Part shown: positions 55,049-64,000 of the stretch, one piece after another | How the letters are laid out: every line of letters begins with the position of its first letter | Position numbering within the stretch: position 1 is the first letter of the stretch | The notes under the pieces: generated by a model | Told to the model about the DNA's origin: nothing | Databases searched by the model: none | Seen by the model: the letters and a program-made list of their open reading frames with translations, nothing else | Assembly: GCA_045586685.1 (NCBI GenBank) | Contig: JAZNAU010000039.1 | Location: 10,024 to 74,023, forward strand | Reading direction: 5' to 3' | DNA from: Clostridia bacterium | GTDB lineage: Bacteria > Bacillota > Clostridia > HGM11514 | Length of the DNA: 64,000 nt | Position numbers and translations under genes: made by a program

Positions 55049-55999
55049 TTACAAAATCTTAGGCTTTCGAAAATCCCGTATTGCATCAATAAGTCCCAGT
55101 AAAACAATAATCTGATACAAAAATATCGCAAAGGGCAGTATCAAACAAAGCAAAAACAAGGAGATGCTTTTTGGTACTCCGCTTTTATTGATCAAATATT
55201 TTATCAAGGAAATGCCCCCTACCAAGAGGATACAAGAGATTACTAAATTAACATTGTAAATTAAAAAATATAAGGATTGGTTTCTCCTTGCCATCAGTTC
55301 CCCTATTGTCAAAATGATATAGCCCCATGCAATGGTTTTTGGCACATGAAGCTGACTAAAGGAAGGCAAATAGGAAAACGATTTTTTCAATCTGCAAAGC
55401 ACTCCTCGGCTTAATAATATGCTGCATAAAGCAAAGAAGCCTGATCCCATTATTAAGGCAGAGGGAATGGTCAAAATCAAGGTGTTTGTTAAAGTCGGCA
55501 GAATGTTCATAACCTGATCTGCTGTTTGCCGATTGGAAAGTTCAGGGGAAGACTCTATGACAGAAACAAGCATTTTCATGGATTGTTCTGCCATGCTTTG
55601 AATTTCCTCAATCATGTCTAAACCATACAACATTTTTGATAGCAGAACAGTGCCTACAAATGCCAGAAGATAAGCCATTCCGCCCCAAATCATCATGACA
55701 GAAAAGGGTTTTTTTACCCGGAAACAGCTTCCGATGACAGTTCCCGGCAGAACAATCATTAAAACACCGGAAAACAACATGGTTTGAACATTGGAAAACA
55801 TAGCTGTCAGAAGCATGGAAACTGCCAAAGCCGTTAGCGATACTTTAAAAGATTGAACATAGGTCAGCAGAACTGTTACGGCACAAACCCCTAAAAACAT
55901 TCCCATAAAAGAAAAGAGAGGAAGATAAATAAAGGACAAGGCAAAAAGAGCAATCAATGCAGCAAGCAATGCTCCCTTGGTCAATTCCTTTGTTTTCAT
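55049..55999 (-). CDS. yybS: YybS/DUF2232 membrane protein
   Basis: Multi-TM protein ending GLIDAIRDFRK; synteny with gdpP-rplI. Confidence 0.8.
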   Translation of the reverse strand: MKTKELTKGALLAALIALFALSFIYLPLFSFMGMFLGVCAVTVLLTYVQSFKVSLTALAVSMLLTAMFSNVQTMLFSGVLMIVLPGTVIGSCFRVKKPFSVMMIWGGMAYLLAFVGTVLLSKMLYGLDMIEEIQSMAEQSMKMLVSVIESSPELSNRQTADQVMNILPTLTNTLILTIPSALIMGSGFFALCSILLSRGVLCRLKKSFSYLPSFSQLHVPKTIAWGYIILTIGELMARRNQSLYFLIYNVNLVISCILLVGGISLIKYLINKSGVPKSISLFLLCLILPFAIFLYQIIVLLGLIDAIRDFRKPKIL

Positions 56000-56070
56000 T
56001 CCTTAATCACCTTCTTTTTGGGTTTTTATCCTATTATTATAACATAATTTTTTCAAAAGTACAATGGTTT

Positions 56071-56856
56071 TTATAAAATCTCTTTACTTTCATGTAAAAA
56101 AGCATTTATTTCATTTCCCAAAAGAAGGGAAAAGGACACCAGATATAACCAAAAAAGAAGAACAATAAAACCACCCAACGTACCATAAACCAAGGTATAA
56201 TTTCCAAAATTGTTAATATATATTTCAAATCCCACCGTACAGATAATCCATAACAGTGTTGCAATAATTGCACCGGGAAGGACTTCTTTAAATTTTAATC
56301 GAATACGGGGAACAAGTGCATACATTGCAGAAAGAGCCAGCACAAACACCACAAACATTCCCCAAATTCTTAACTGACTCAGTAAAAACACCACCCGACT
56401 ATGTCCTATAAACTGCAAAATAAATCGATTGCTCAACAAAATTACCGTAAGAGAAAATGCAATAAACAAAATCAAGGACAGGGTAATCCCAAAAGAAATG
56501 AAATACGTAATCAGAAAGGGTCTCTTCTCCGTTTCATATGCTTGATTTAAACTTTTGTATATTGCTTTTGAACCTCGGGTTGCAATCCAAAGGGTTGAAA
56601 TAAAACCAATAGAAAACATTCCCCCCCGAAGCCCTGAAAAAATCTCCATATTTTCATTTACCAGCCGAAAAGCGGGCTCAGGAACAACCGATTGAATCGA
56701 ATCCATTAAAAGCTCCACGCCAGCAGGGAAATAATCAAGCAGTGACACCACCGCAATAATCAAAGGAAAAAAGGATAGCAGCAAATAAAAGGAAAGCTGC
56801 GCCGCAACATTCCAAAGTTCGTTATCCCGTACGCGTTTAATAAACTGCCAAAGCAT
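56071..56856 (-). CDS. YihY/virulence factor BrkB family membrane protein
   Basis: AAQLSFYLLLSFFP, YGTLGGFIVLLFWLY, GNEINA. Confidence 0.9.
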   Translation of the reverse strand: MLWQFIKRVRDNELWNVAAQLSFYLLLSFFPLIIAVVSLLDYFPAGVELLMDSIQSVVPEPAFRLVNENMEIFSGLRGGMFSIGFISTLWIATRGSKAIYKSLNQAYETEKRPFLITYFISFGITLSLILFIAFSLTVILLSNRFILQFIGHSRVVFLLSQLRIWGMFVVFVLALSAMYALVPRIRLKFKEVLPGAIIATLLWIICTVGFEIYINNFGNYTLVYGTLGGFIVLLFWLYLVSFSLLLGNEINAFLHESKEIL

Positions 56857-57029
56857 GATCTCCCTCCTCTTTCTTCTTTATTATACTACAAAAAACAGGA
56901 AAAAAAAAGAAAAATTTTTAATTCTGTTAAAAAATCCAAAAAAGCATTGCATTTACTCAAAAAATATAATATAATAATAAAAGATAAAGTTGTTTGAAAC
57001 GGTATAAAAATAAAGGAGAGAAAACAGTT

Positions 57030-57734
57030 ATGGCGGCAAAATACAATAATGTTATGCTCAAATTAAGCGGCGAAGCGTTGGCGGGAGAAAACAAAACAGG
57101 CTTGAATTTTGATATTTTAAACACCATTGCAGTACAAATTAAAAAAGTAGTAGAGATGGGCGTTAAGGTGTCTATTGTGGTAGGCGGAGGAAATTTTTGG
57201 AGAGGCAGAAGCGGCGGCCAGATGGACAGAACAAGAGCTGACCACATGGGAATGCTTGCAACGGTTATTAACGCACTGGCAATGGCAGACTCTTTAGAAG
57301 CAAACGGTGTTCCCACCAGAGTGCAGACAGGAATTGAAATGCGTCAGATTGCGGAGCCTTATATCAGAGGACGGGCTGTTCGCCATTTAGAAAAAAGCCG
57401 AGTGGTGATCTTTGCTTGCGGAACGGGAAATCCCTATTTTACCACCGATACAGCAGCAGCACTTCGTGCAGCGGAAATGGGCGTTGAAGTTATTCTGTTG
57501 GCGAAAAATGTAGACGGAGTTTATGACAGCGATCCCAACAAAAACCCCAATGCAAAAAAATATGACCATATTTCCTTTATGGAAGTACTGAATCAGGGCT
57601 TGGGTGTTATGGATTTAACTGCTGCTACCCTTTGCAAGGACAACCATATTCCCTTGCTGGTATTCGGTCTGGACTGTCCTGAAAATATTGTAAAAGCGGT
57701 TTCCGGTGAAGCCATCGGAACCTTAGTAGATTAA
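57030..57734 (+). CDS. pyrH: UMP kinase
   Basis: [24 protein letters not shown]. Confidence 0.97.
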   Translation: MAAKYNNVMLKLSGEALAGENKTGLNFDILNTIAVQIKKVVEMGVKVSIVVGGGNFWRGRSGGQMDRTRADHMGMLATVINALAMADSLEANGVPTRVQTGIEMRQIAEPYIRGRAVRHLEKSRVVIFACGTGNPYFTTDTAAALRAAEMGVEVILLAKNVDGVYDSDPNKNPNAKKYDHISFMEVLNQGLGVMDLTAATLCKDNHIPLLVFGLDCPENIVKAVSGEAIGTLVD

Positions 57735-57748
57735 AGGAGGAAGTAACC

Positions 57749-58303
57749 ATGAAAGGCAATTATGAAGTATACGAAACAAAAATGAAAAAAAGCATCGGAA
57801 ACCTGAAAGATACTTTGGCAACCGTACGGGTAGGCAAAGCAAGTGCAGCAGTGCTGGATCGGGTTACGGTGGAATATTATGGAACCCCCACCCCTATCGC
57901 TCAGGTAGGAACCATTTCCTCTCCCGATCCTAAAACGTTGATGATTCAACCTTGGGACGGAAGTATTTTAGGAGAAATTGAAAAAGCAATTTTAAAATCC
58001 GATTTGGGATTAACCCCCAATAATGATGGTAAGGTTATCCGCCTGTCCTTCCCGCCCTTAACGGAAGAACGAAGAAAGGAACTGGTAAAACAAGTTCGCA
58101 AGTATTCAGAAGAAGGAAAGGTTGCCATCCGCTCCATCAGACGAGATGCCATTGAAGCCTTCAAAGCTCAGAAAAAGAACAGCGAAATTACAGAAGATGA
58201 TTTAAAGGGTGCAGAAAAGGATATTCAAGACATGACCGATCGGTACATCAAGGAAATCGATCAGGTTTGTGCAAGCAAGGAAAAGGAAATTTTGGAAGTA
58301 TAA
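57749..58303 (+). CDS. frr: Ribosome recycling factor
   Basis: VEYYGTPTP, PPLTEERRKELVK, KEKEILEV. Confidence 0.97.
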   Translation: MKGNYEVYETKMKKSIGNLKDTLATVRVGKASAAVLDRVTVEYYGTPTPIAQVGTISSPDPKTLMIQPWDGSILGEIEKAILKSDLGLTPNNDGKVIRLSFPPLTEERRKELVKQVRKYSEEGKVAIRSIRRDAIEAFKAQKKNSEITEDDLKGAEKDIQDMTDRYIKEIDQVCASKEKEILEV

Positions 58304-58350
58304 AATAAAAATTGTGGGCTGTAGCAAACGTTTTTGCTACAGCCCTTTTA

Positions 58351-59019
58351 CTATCTTATATTGTATTTTTTTAAGATTCTGTCAGCAAAAAAAACAGAAA
58401 CAAAACTTACTGTGGCAAAATAGAAAAAAGCCAGTAAAAAGAGGGATAAGAAGGGAACGGAATAGAGTCCCCAGAATAAAAGTACTATGATGGCCAAAAT
58501 CCCCAACGTCTGATAAATTCTGCTCAATGCCAGCAAAAAGGCATTTTTGTAAATATCAAGTATGGTATACTTTCCTGTAATAAGCAAGGGATAAATGTAA
58601 ATCTGCATCATTAAAAACACAATGGCAATAATGCCTAAAAGCCCTAAGATAATCATGGTAAATACCGAGGGTCTGCTATAAAGAATCAACCCGTCCAGGG
58701 CCAGCATAAACCACAAAAGTGCATTGATCAACCATACCCAAAAACCCTGTTTAAAATGCCGTTTCATGGCTTGTCTGAAATCTGTCCAGATAAAAACGGG
58801 ACGCTCCTGGGAAACCTCCCGAAAAATATGAGTCATTCCCGCGGTAGCAGGGCCGATGGTGATAATCGGTATGCAACAAAGTAAAAAAACTACATTCATC
58901 TGCATAATGGTAAACAATTTTCTGAAATATAACTCTAAAAAGAAAAAGAAGGGTCTTTTTTTCGGTGCGTTGGGGTCAATCCCCTTGCCCGGCTTGTCGT
59001 AATTGATAAATCGAAACAT
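58351..59019 (-). CDS. YesL/DUF624 family membrane protein
   Basis: CCIPIITIGPATAG, F...F KQG, multiple TM segments. Confidence 0.8.
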   Translation of the reverse strand: MFRFINYDKPGKGIDPNAPKKRPFFFFLELYFRKLFTIMQMNVVFLLCCIPIITIGPATAGMTHIFREVSQERPVFIWTDFRQAMKRHFKQGFWVWLINALLWFMLALDGLILYSRPSVFTMIILGLLGIIAIVFLMMQIYIYPLLITGKYTILDIYKNAFLLALSRIYQTLGILAIIVLLFWGLYSVPFLSLFLLAFFYFATVSFVSVFFADRILKKYNIR

Positions 59020-59231
59020 TTTCTCTCTCCCATCAATGTAATGTCTTTATTATAACACAAACCTTTTTTTCGGTCAATTCTTTTTGGGAAATAAAAATTT
59101 TTAAATTTTTTTAATTAGGGGTAGATTTTTGTCGAAAAATAGTGTATAATGAAAGAAGCGCTTATGCCTTGAGCAACGAAACCTAAACTGAAGGTATATT
59201 AAAACTGATTTAATACATAGGAGGTATTTTT

Positions 59232-60152
59232 ATGGCAACCATTAGCTGCCCAAATTGTAATGCCCAGCTTGACGAAAGCAAGAAGTTCTGTACCGAATGC
59301 GGTAAAAAACTGCCCGTTATGGAAGAACAGCAGCAGGACGAAATTGCAATGCAAGCCACTCAAAAATTTAGCATTCAGGAAGACAAAAAATTGGAAGAAG
59401 CCGTGAAAGCGGTATTCCAAAAAGACGCTGAAGATGAAGAGGAAAAGAAGGGTAAAAAATCCCGCAAAGAAAAGAAACAAAAAAAATTAGAAGAAAAAGA
59501 AAACAGGGAGCAACAAACCATTGTTGATTTTTCTGCATTGGCAGGTTCTACGTTGGACGATTCTCCCTACGAACCCATTTCTGCATGGGGCTTTATCGGA
59601 ATTTTAGCACTGTTTGCGATTCCCGTAATCGGATGGATTTTTGCCATTATCTGGGCTTGCGGCGGATGCCGGAAGCTGAATAAGAGAAATCTGTCAAGAG
59701 GATACTTGATTATTCTGGCTCTGATTGCCGTTTTTTCCGCTTGTGCATTTTTGGCATTTTGGAAAATTGCACCCGCTTATCTTGAAAACAGCCAGCCAGT
59801 TTCCGTTGTAACAGAAGATCCGATTTACTCCGTTGAAGGCACCAACCCATCCAACGAGGTCGAAGCACCGGAGTTTGTAGAAGGCGAAAATTCCTTGATT
59901 ACTTATTTGCGCGATGTAGGGGATCAGATTTGGAACGCTTATTATGACAGATCTTTACCGGGAGGTGAAGAGCTGACTGCTATTTTGGACGAGGACAGAG
60001 ATGCTCTGCTGAATTTGGGCTATAGCGAAAACAGTGTTGATCAGGTATTAAACATGGTAAACGGTGATTTTGAGGCACTGAGCAGCTTATTAAATCTGAT
60101 TGAAGGACAGGCAACAGAAGTATCTGATGAAGCAGTAGAAGTTGTAGAATAA
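59232..60152 (+). CDS. Zinc-ribbon domain membrane protein
   Basis: N-terminal CPNC...CTEC, charged linker, TM segments, acidic C-terminal domain; RBS AGGAGG. Confidence 0.75.
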   Translation: MATISCPNCNAQLDESKKFCTECGKKLPVMEEQQQDEIAMQATQKFSIQEDKKLEEAVKAVFQKDAEDEEEKKGKKSRKEKKQKKLEEKENREQQTIVDFSALAGSTLDDSPYEPISAWGFIGILALFAIPVIGWIFAIIWACGGCRKLNKRNLSRGYLIILALIAVFSACAFLAFWKIAPAYLENSQPVSVVTEDPIYSVEGTNPSNEVEAPEFVEGENSLITYLRDVGDQIWNAYYDRSLPGGEELTAILDEDRDALLNLGYSENSVDQVLNMVNGDFEALSSLLNLIEGQATEVSDEAVEVVE

Positions 60153-60298
60153 AATGTTTTCCCAAGGAAAATTTCTTTTTCCTTGGGATTTTTTGTGCAA
60201 TTTTTCAAAATTCCCTCTTTTTCATAAAACCACTTGACAAAAAACCAAAAAAATGGGATAATAAATAGGTATATGAAATTTTTTTCGGAGGATTGTTT

Positions 60299-60481
60299 AT
60301 GAAGTATGCGGCGGCGGGTATTGTACTTTTGGGTGCATTACTTTCTTATTTATCCAAGCCCTTATTCCGATGGCTGAAAAAGACGGAGCCGGATGAGCAA
60401 AATATGATTAAAATAAAGCTGGTAGGTTTGGGTATTGCTGCGGTAGGCGTATTACTGTTGTTTATATCAGAAGGAAGGTAA
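60299..60481 (+). CDS. Small two-TM membrane protein, upstream of valS
   Basis: RBS GGAGG; two hydrophobic helices; promoter TTGACA(60234)-17bp-GATAAT. Confidence 0.6.
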   Translation: MKYAAAGIVLLGALLSYLSKPLFRWLKKTEPDEQNMIKIKLVGLGIAAVGVLLLFISEGR

Positions 60482-60498
60482 GTAAGGAGGAATTTTCT

Positions 60499-63135
60499 GT
60501 GGAACAAAAAAATCTTGAAAAGGTATATAACCCGAAAGAATTTGAAGAAAAAATTTATGAAATGTGGAGTGAAAACGGGTACTTTGGGGCTGACCCTGTC
60601 AGTAACAAGCCGGCATTTTCCATTGTCATTCCCCCTCCCAATGTAACAGGTCAGCTGCATATGGGACATGCTCTTAACGTAACATTACAGGATATACTGG
60701 TTCGTTATAAGAGAATGGCCGGTTACGAGACATTGTGGGTCCCCGGTTATGACCATGCGGGAATTGCAACTCAGATTAAGGTGGAAGAAGTGCTTCGTAA
60801 GGAAGAAGGCTTAACACGTTATGATTTGGGACGTGAAAAGTTTTTAGACCGTGTCTGGGATTGGAAAAACAAGTACGGTAGCACCATTGTCAATCAGATT
60901 AAAAGAATGGGTTGTTCTTGTGACTGGAGCAGAGAACGGTTTACTATGGACGAGGGCTGCTCGAAAGCCGTTCGCCGAGTCTTTGTTGATTTGTATGAAA
61001 AGGGACTGATCTATCAGGGCAGTCGTATTATTAACTGGTGCCCTAATTGTATTACCGCTCTTTCTGATGCGGAAGTGGAATATCAGGAACAGGCCGGTCA
61101 TTTCTGGCATATTAAATATCCTTTCAAGGACAGTGATGAATGTGTGATTTTAGCAACCACCCGTCCTGAAACACTTCTTGGGGATACTGCAGTTGCGGTC
61201 AATCCCAACGATGAACGGTACAAGCATCTGGTTGGAAAAACCTTGATTTTGCCTTTGGTAGGAAGAGAAATTCCTCTCATTGCTGACGATTATGTGGATA
61301 TGGAATTTGGTACAGGTGTGGTGAAAATCACCCCCGCTCATGACCCCAATGACTTTGAAGTGGGTCTGCGTCATAACTTAGAGCAGATTAAGGTATTGAA
61401 TGATGATGCTACCGTCAATGAATATGGCGGAAAGTACTGCGGAATGGACCGATATGAAGCCAGAAAGCAGATGGTAAAGGATTTAGAAGAACAAGGCTTT
61501 TTGGTAGAAGTAGAAGACCATTCTCACAATGTGGGTCAGTGTTACCGTTGCGGAACTACCGTAGAACCCATGACCTCCAAGCAATGGTTTGTAAAAATGG
61601 AACCCTTGGCAGTAGAAGCATTAAGAGTGGTAAAGGACGGAACCATTTCCTTTATTCCCGACCGTTTTTCCAAGACTTACTTAAACTGGATGGAAAACGT
61701 ACATGACTGGTGTATTTCCCGTCAGCTATGGTGGGGACATCGGATACCTGCGTTTTACTGTGAAAAATGCGGAGAGACTACCGTTTCTGAAACAGACATT
61801 ACCACCTGTCCCAAGTGTGGCGGAAATGTAAAACAGGACGAGGATGTACTGGATACCTGGTTTAGCTCTGCTCTGTGGCCTTTTTCCACTTTGGGATGGC
61901 CTGAAGATACAGAAGAACTGAAAAAGTTCTATCCCACCAGTGTTTTGGTAACTGCTTATGATATTATTTTCTTCTGGGTTGCCAGAATGATTTTCTCCGG
62001 TATGGAACAGAAAAAGGAAATGCCCTTTAAGCACGTATTTATTCACGGTATTGTCCGTGATGAACAGGGCAGAAAAATGAGTAAATCCTTAGGAAACGGG
62101 ATTGACCCCTTAAAGGTAATTGATGAATACGGAACCGATGCTCTGCGGTTTACTCTGGTGACCGGCAACTCTCCCGGAAACGACATCCGTTTCTCTTGGG
62201 ACCGTGTGGCTTCCAGTCGTAACTTTGCCAATAAAATCTGGAACGCGTCCCGGTTTGTGTTGATGAACCTAAATGTGGATAGCTGTGATTTGCCCAACGA
62301 AAGCTTATTGCAAACAGAAGATAAATGGATTTTAAGCCGTCTGAATAAAGTGGCAGCACAGGTAAACGAAAACCTGGATAAGTATGAATTAGGAATTGCA
62401 TCTGCTAACCTTTACGACTTTATCTGGGACGAATTTTGCGATTGGTACATTGAATTGGTAAAACCCCGCCTGTATGGTGAAGACAAGGAAGCCAACGAAA
62501 GTGCACAGCGGGTTCTTTGCTATGTGTTGTCAAAGACCTTGTGTTTATTACATCCCTTCATGCCGTTTATTACAGAAGAAATCTGGCAATGTCTGCCTCA
62601 CGGCGAAGGAGAAAGCATTATGGTTCAGGCATATCCCGCTTTTTCTGATGCTTTGTCTTTTGAACAGGAAGAAAGCAAAATGGAACAAATTATGCAGATG
62701 ATTAAGAGCATTCGTAATTTGCGTTCGGAAATGAATGTTCCCCCCTCCCGTAAAGCACAGGTTATGGTGGTCACTGAGCAAACAGATATTTTTGATTCTG
62801 CAGCACCCTTCTTTGAACGGTTATGTTCGTCAGCAGGATTACAGGTCATGTCAGATGAAAGCGAAATTCCGGAGGATACTGTATCCGTTGTCATCCCAGG
62901 TGCGAAGGCGTTTTTACCCTTGGGCGAGTTAGTAGATAAGCAAAAAGAATTGGAACGTCTGGAAAAAGAAAAGGACCGTTTGGAGGATGAAATTAAGCGT
63001 GTGGACGGCAAACTGGCAAATGAAAAGTTTGTTGCCAAAGCCCCCGCTCACTTGGTAGAACAAGAACGGGAAAAGAAACAGAAGTATCAGGAAATGTTAG
63101 ATGAAATCTTAGCAAGTATTGCAAAAATGAAATAA
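60499..63135 (+). CDS. valS: Valine--tRNA ligase
   Basis: [30 protein letters not shown]-terminal coiled coil. Confidence 0.97.
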   Translation: MEQKNLEKVYNPKEFEEKIYEMWSENGYFGADPVSNKPAFSIVIPPPNVTGQLHMGHALNVTLQDILVRYKRMAGYETLWVPGYDHAGIATQIKVEEVLRKEEGLTRYDLGREKFLDRVWDWKNKYGSTIVNQIKRMGCSCDWSRERFTMDEGCSKAVRRVFVDLYEKGLIYQGSRIINWCPNCITALSDAEVEYQEQAGHFWHIKYPFKDSDECVILATTRPETLLGDTAVAVNPNDERYKHLVGKTLILPLVGREIPLIADDYVDMEFGTGVVKITPAHDPNDFEVGLRHNLEQIKVLNDDATVNEYGGKYCGMDRYEARKQMVKDLEEQGFLVEVEDHSHNVGQCYRCGTTVEPMTSKQWFVKMEPLAVEALRVVKDGTISFIPDRFSKTYLNWMENVHDWCISRQLWWGHRIPAFYCEKCGETTVSETDITTCPKCGGNVKQDEDVLDTWFSSALWPFSTLGWPEDTEELKKFYPTSVLVTAYDIIFFWVARMIFSGMEQKKEMPFKHVFIHGIVRDEQGRKMSKSLGNGIDPLKVIDEYGTDALRFTLVTGNSPGNDIRFSWDRVASSRNFANKIWNASRFVLMNLNVDSCDLPNESLLQTEDKWILSRLNKVAAQVNENLDKYELGIASANLYDFIWDEFCDWYIELVKPRLYGEDKEANESAQRVLCYVLSKTLCLLHPFMPFITEEIWQCLPHGEGESIMVQAYPAFSDALSFEQEESKMEQIMQMIKSIRNLRSEMNVPPSRKAQVMVVTEQTDIFDSAAPFFERLCSSAGLQVMSDESEIPEDTVSVVIPGAKAFLPLGELVDKQKELERLEKEKDRLEDEIKRVDGKLANEKFVAKAPAHLVEQEREKKQKYQEMLDEILASIAKMK

Positions 63136-63145
63136 ACAAAAAATA

Positions 63146-63175
63146 GCCCATCCGAAAAATATTCGGATGGGCTTT
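63146..63175 (+). terminator. Terminator after valS
   Basis: AGCCCATCCGAA-loop-TTCGGATGGGCT. Confidence 0.75.
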
Positions 63176-63191
63176 CCTGTGACTCAAAGAA

Positions 63192-64000
63192 TTATTGAGA
63201 AAGATTTATTGTTTTTGGTTCACATAAAGGAATCATTTTTTCTAAACTGTTCCAGACAAAAGCTTTGACTTCTGTCATTTCTCCTTCTAAATCAAAATAT
63301 AACCTTTGCCCTTTATTTTCAGTTTTTAATTTTTTCGTTTCTTGCGCAATCAAAACTCCGTTTTTGTATCCGGCTACGATTAAAACACTGGGATTTTCGG
63401 ATGAAATATTTTCAACAGTAACAGAGACAGAGGTACTTACATCAGCCCATCCTGCACGTAATTGAGTAATTATTGTAGGTAGTTCTTTAACAGTAAAAAA
63501 GTAGGGGTTGCTGTAAGTCCATTCCCAATGGTTCTGTTCGTCATTCCAAAAATTTTGATTAATCGAACGTAAAACCGCTTTATACTCTCCTTCCGGTAAA
63601 AAACAATTTACGGATAAACCAGCGGTTTCAAAATCTTCATAATGTTGATAATCTCGATTGATTACTTGTCCGTCATAATAAGTTTCTTCCATTTTGTAAA
63701 TGTCTAACAAATAATCAGTAGTGTTTTCTGTTTCATCCCATTCAAAGAAAATAGGTTGCCTTGTGGTATAAGTATCTTGCATGTATTTTAATGCAGGTTT
63801 GGAAGGCTTAGCGGAAACGGTAAAGTATTCCCAATCGCCATCACGATATAACCATGTTTTAAGATCGTCTATCCAGCAATATGAATTTGTAGATTGTAAT
63901 TGCACTCTGTAACTTCCTGCTGGTAGAGTTCTTGTTATTCCGTTTTCAGCATAGTGTATAGGTTCATACATACTATATACACCGTCATTCAAACTCTGTA
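63192..64000 (-). CDS. C-terminal part of a probable secreted/surface protein with beta-rich repeats (5' end outside the window)
   Basis: Frame stays open to the window edge; repeated LP.G.Y...L.S.N motif; aromatic-rich; C-terminal KAFVWNSLEKMIPL. Confidence 0.7.
   Translation of the reverse strand, partial: QSLNDGVYSMYEPIHYAENGITRTLPAGSYRVQLQSTNSYCWIDDLKTWLYRDGDWEYFTVSAKPSKPALKYMQDTYTTRQPIFFEWDETENTTDYLLDIYKMEETYYDGQVINRDYQHYEDFETAGLSVNCFLPEGEYKAVLRSINQNFWNDEQNHWEWTYSNPYFFTVKELPTIITQLRAGWADVSTSVSVTVENISSENPSVLIVAGYKNGVLIAQETKKLKTENKGQRLYFDLEGEMTEVKAFVWNSLEKMIPLCEPKTINLSQ

Overview
This is the chromosomal origin region of a low-GC, spore-forming Clostridia-like Firmicute. Left of the origin is the canonical rpmH-rnpA-yidD-yidC-jag-mnmE-mnmG-rsmG-noc block, followed by dnaA-oriC-dnaN-yaaA-recF-remB-gyrB-gyrA. 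The rest is a shuffled mix of housekeeping and metabolic genes: tRNA-Arg, FMN riboswitch-ribU, spo0A, an acyltransferase, an AbrB-like gene, fucI, a divergent hisD/hisB/HAD operon, an amino-acid ABC transporter, glnA, CIRCE-htpG, ftsK, an EF-G paralogue, aroA, yybS-gdpP-rplI-dnaB-tilS-hpt-ftsH, pyrH-frr and valS. I saw no prophage, transposase or CRISPR array. The most striking unexplained structure is a tandem pair of ~200-bp units (20139-20548) directly upstream of the AbrB-like gene. Each unit has its own sigmaA promoter, a long covarying hairpin with G-U pairs only on the minus strand, a second covarying long-range pairing and an identical terminator, so it is a candidate new structured RNA or attenuator system. 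Also notable: a DnaA-box cluster ~15.6 kb from oriC while none is visible upstream of dnaA, a his-paralogue operon with altered active sites, dispersed palindromic repeats, and a near 50:50 gene-strand split next to oriC. All calls come from reading the sequence and recalled family motifs; no searches were run.
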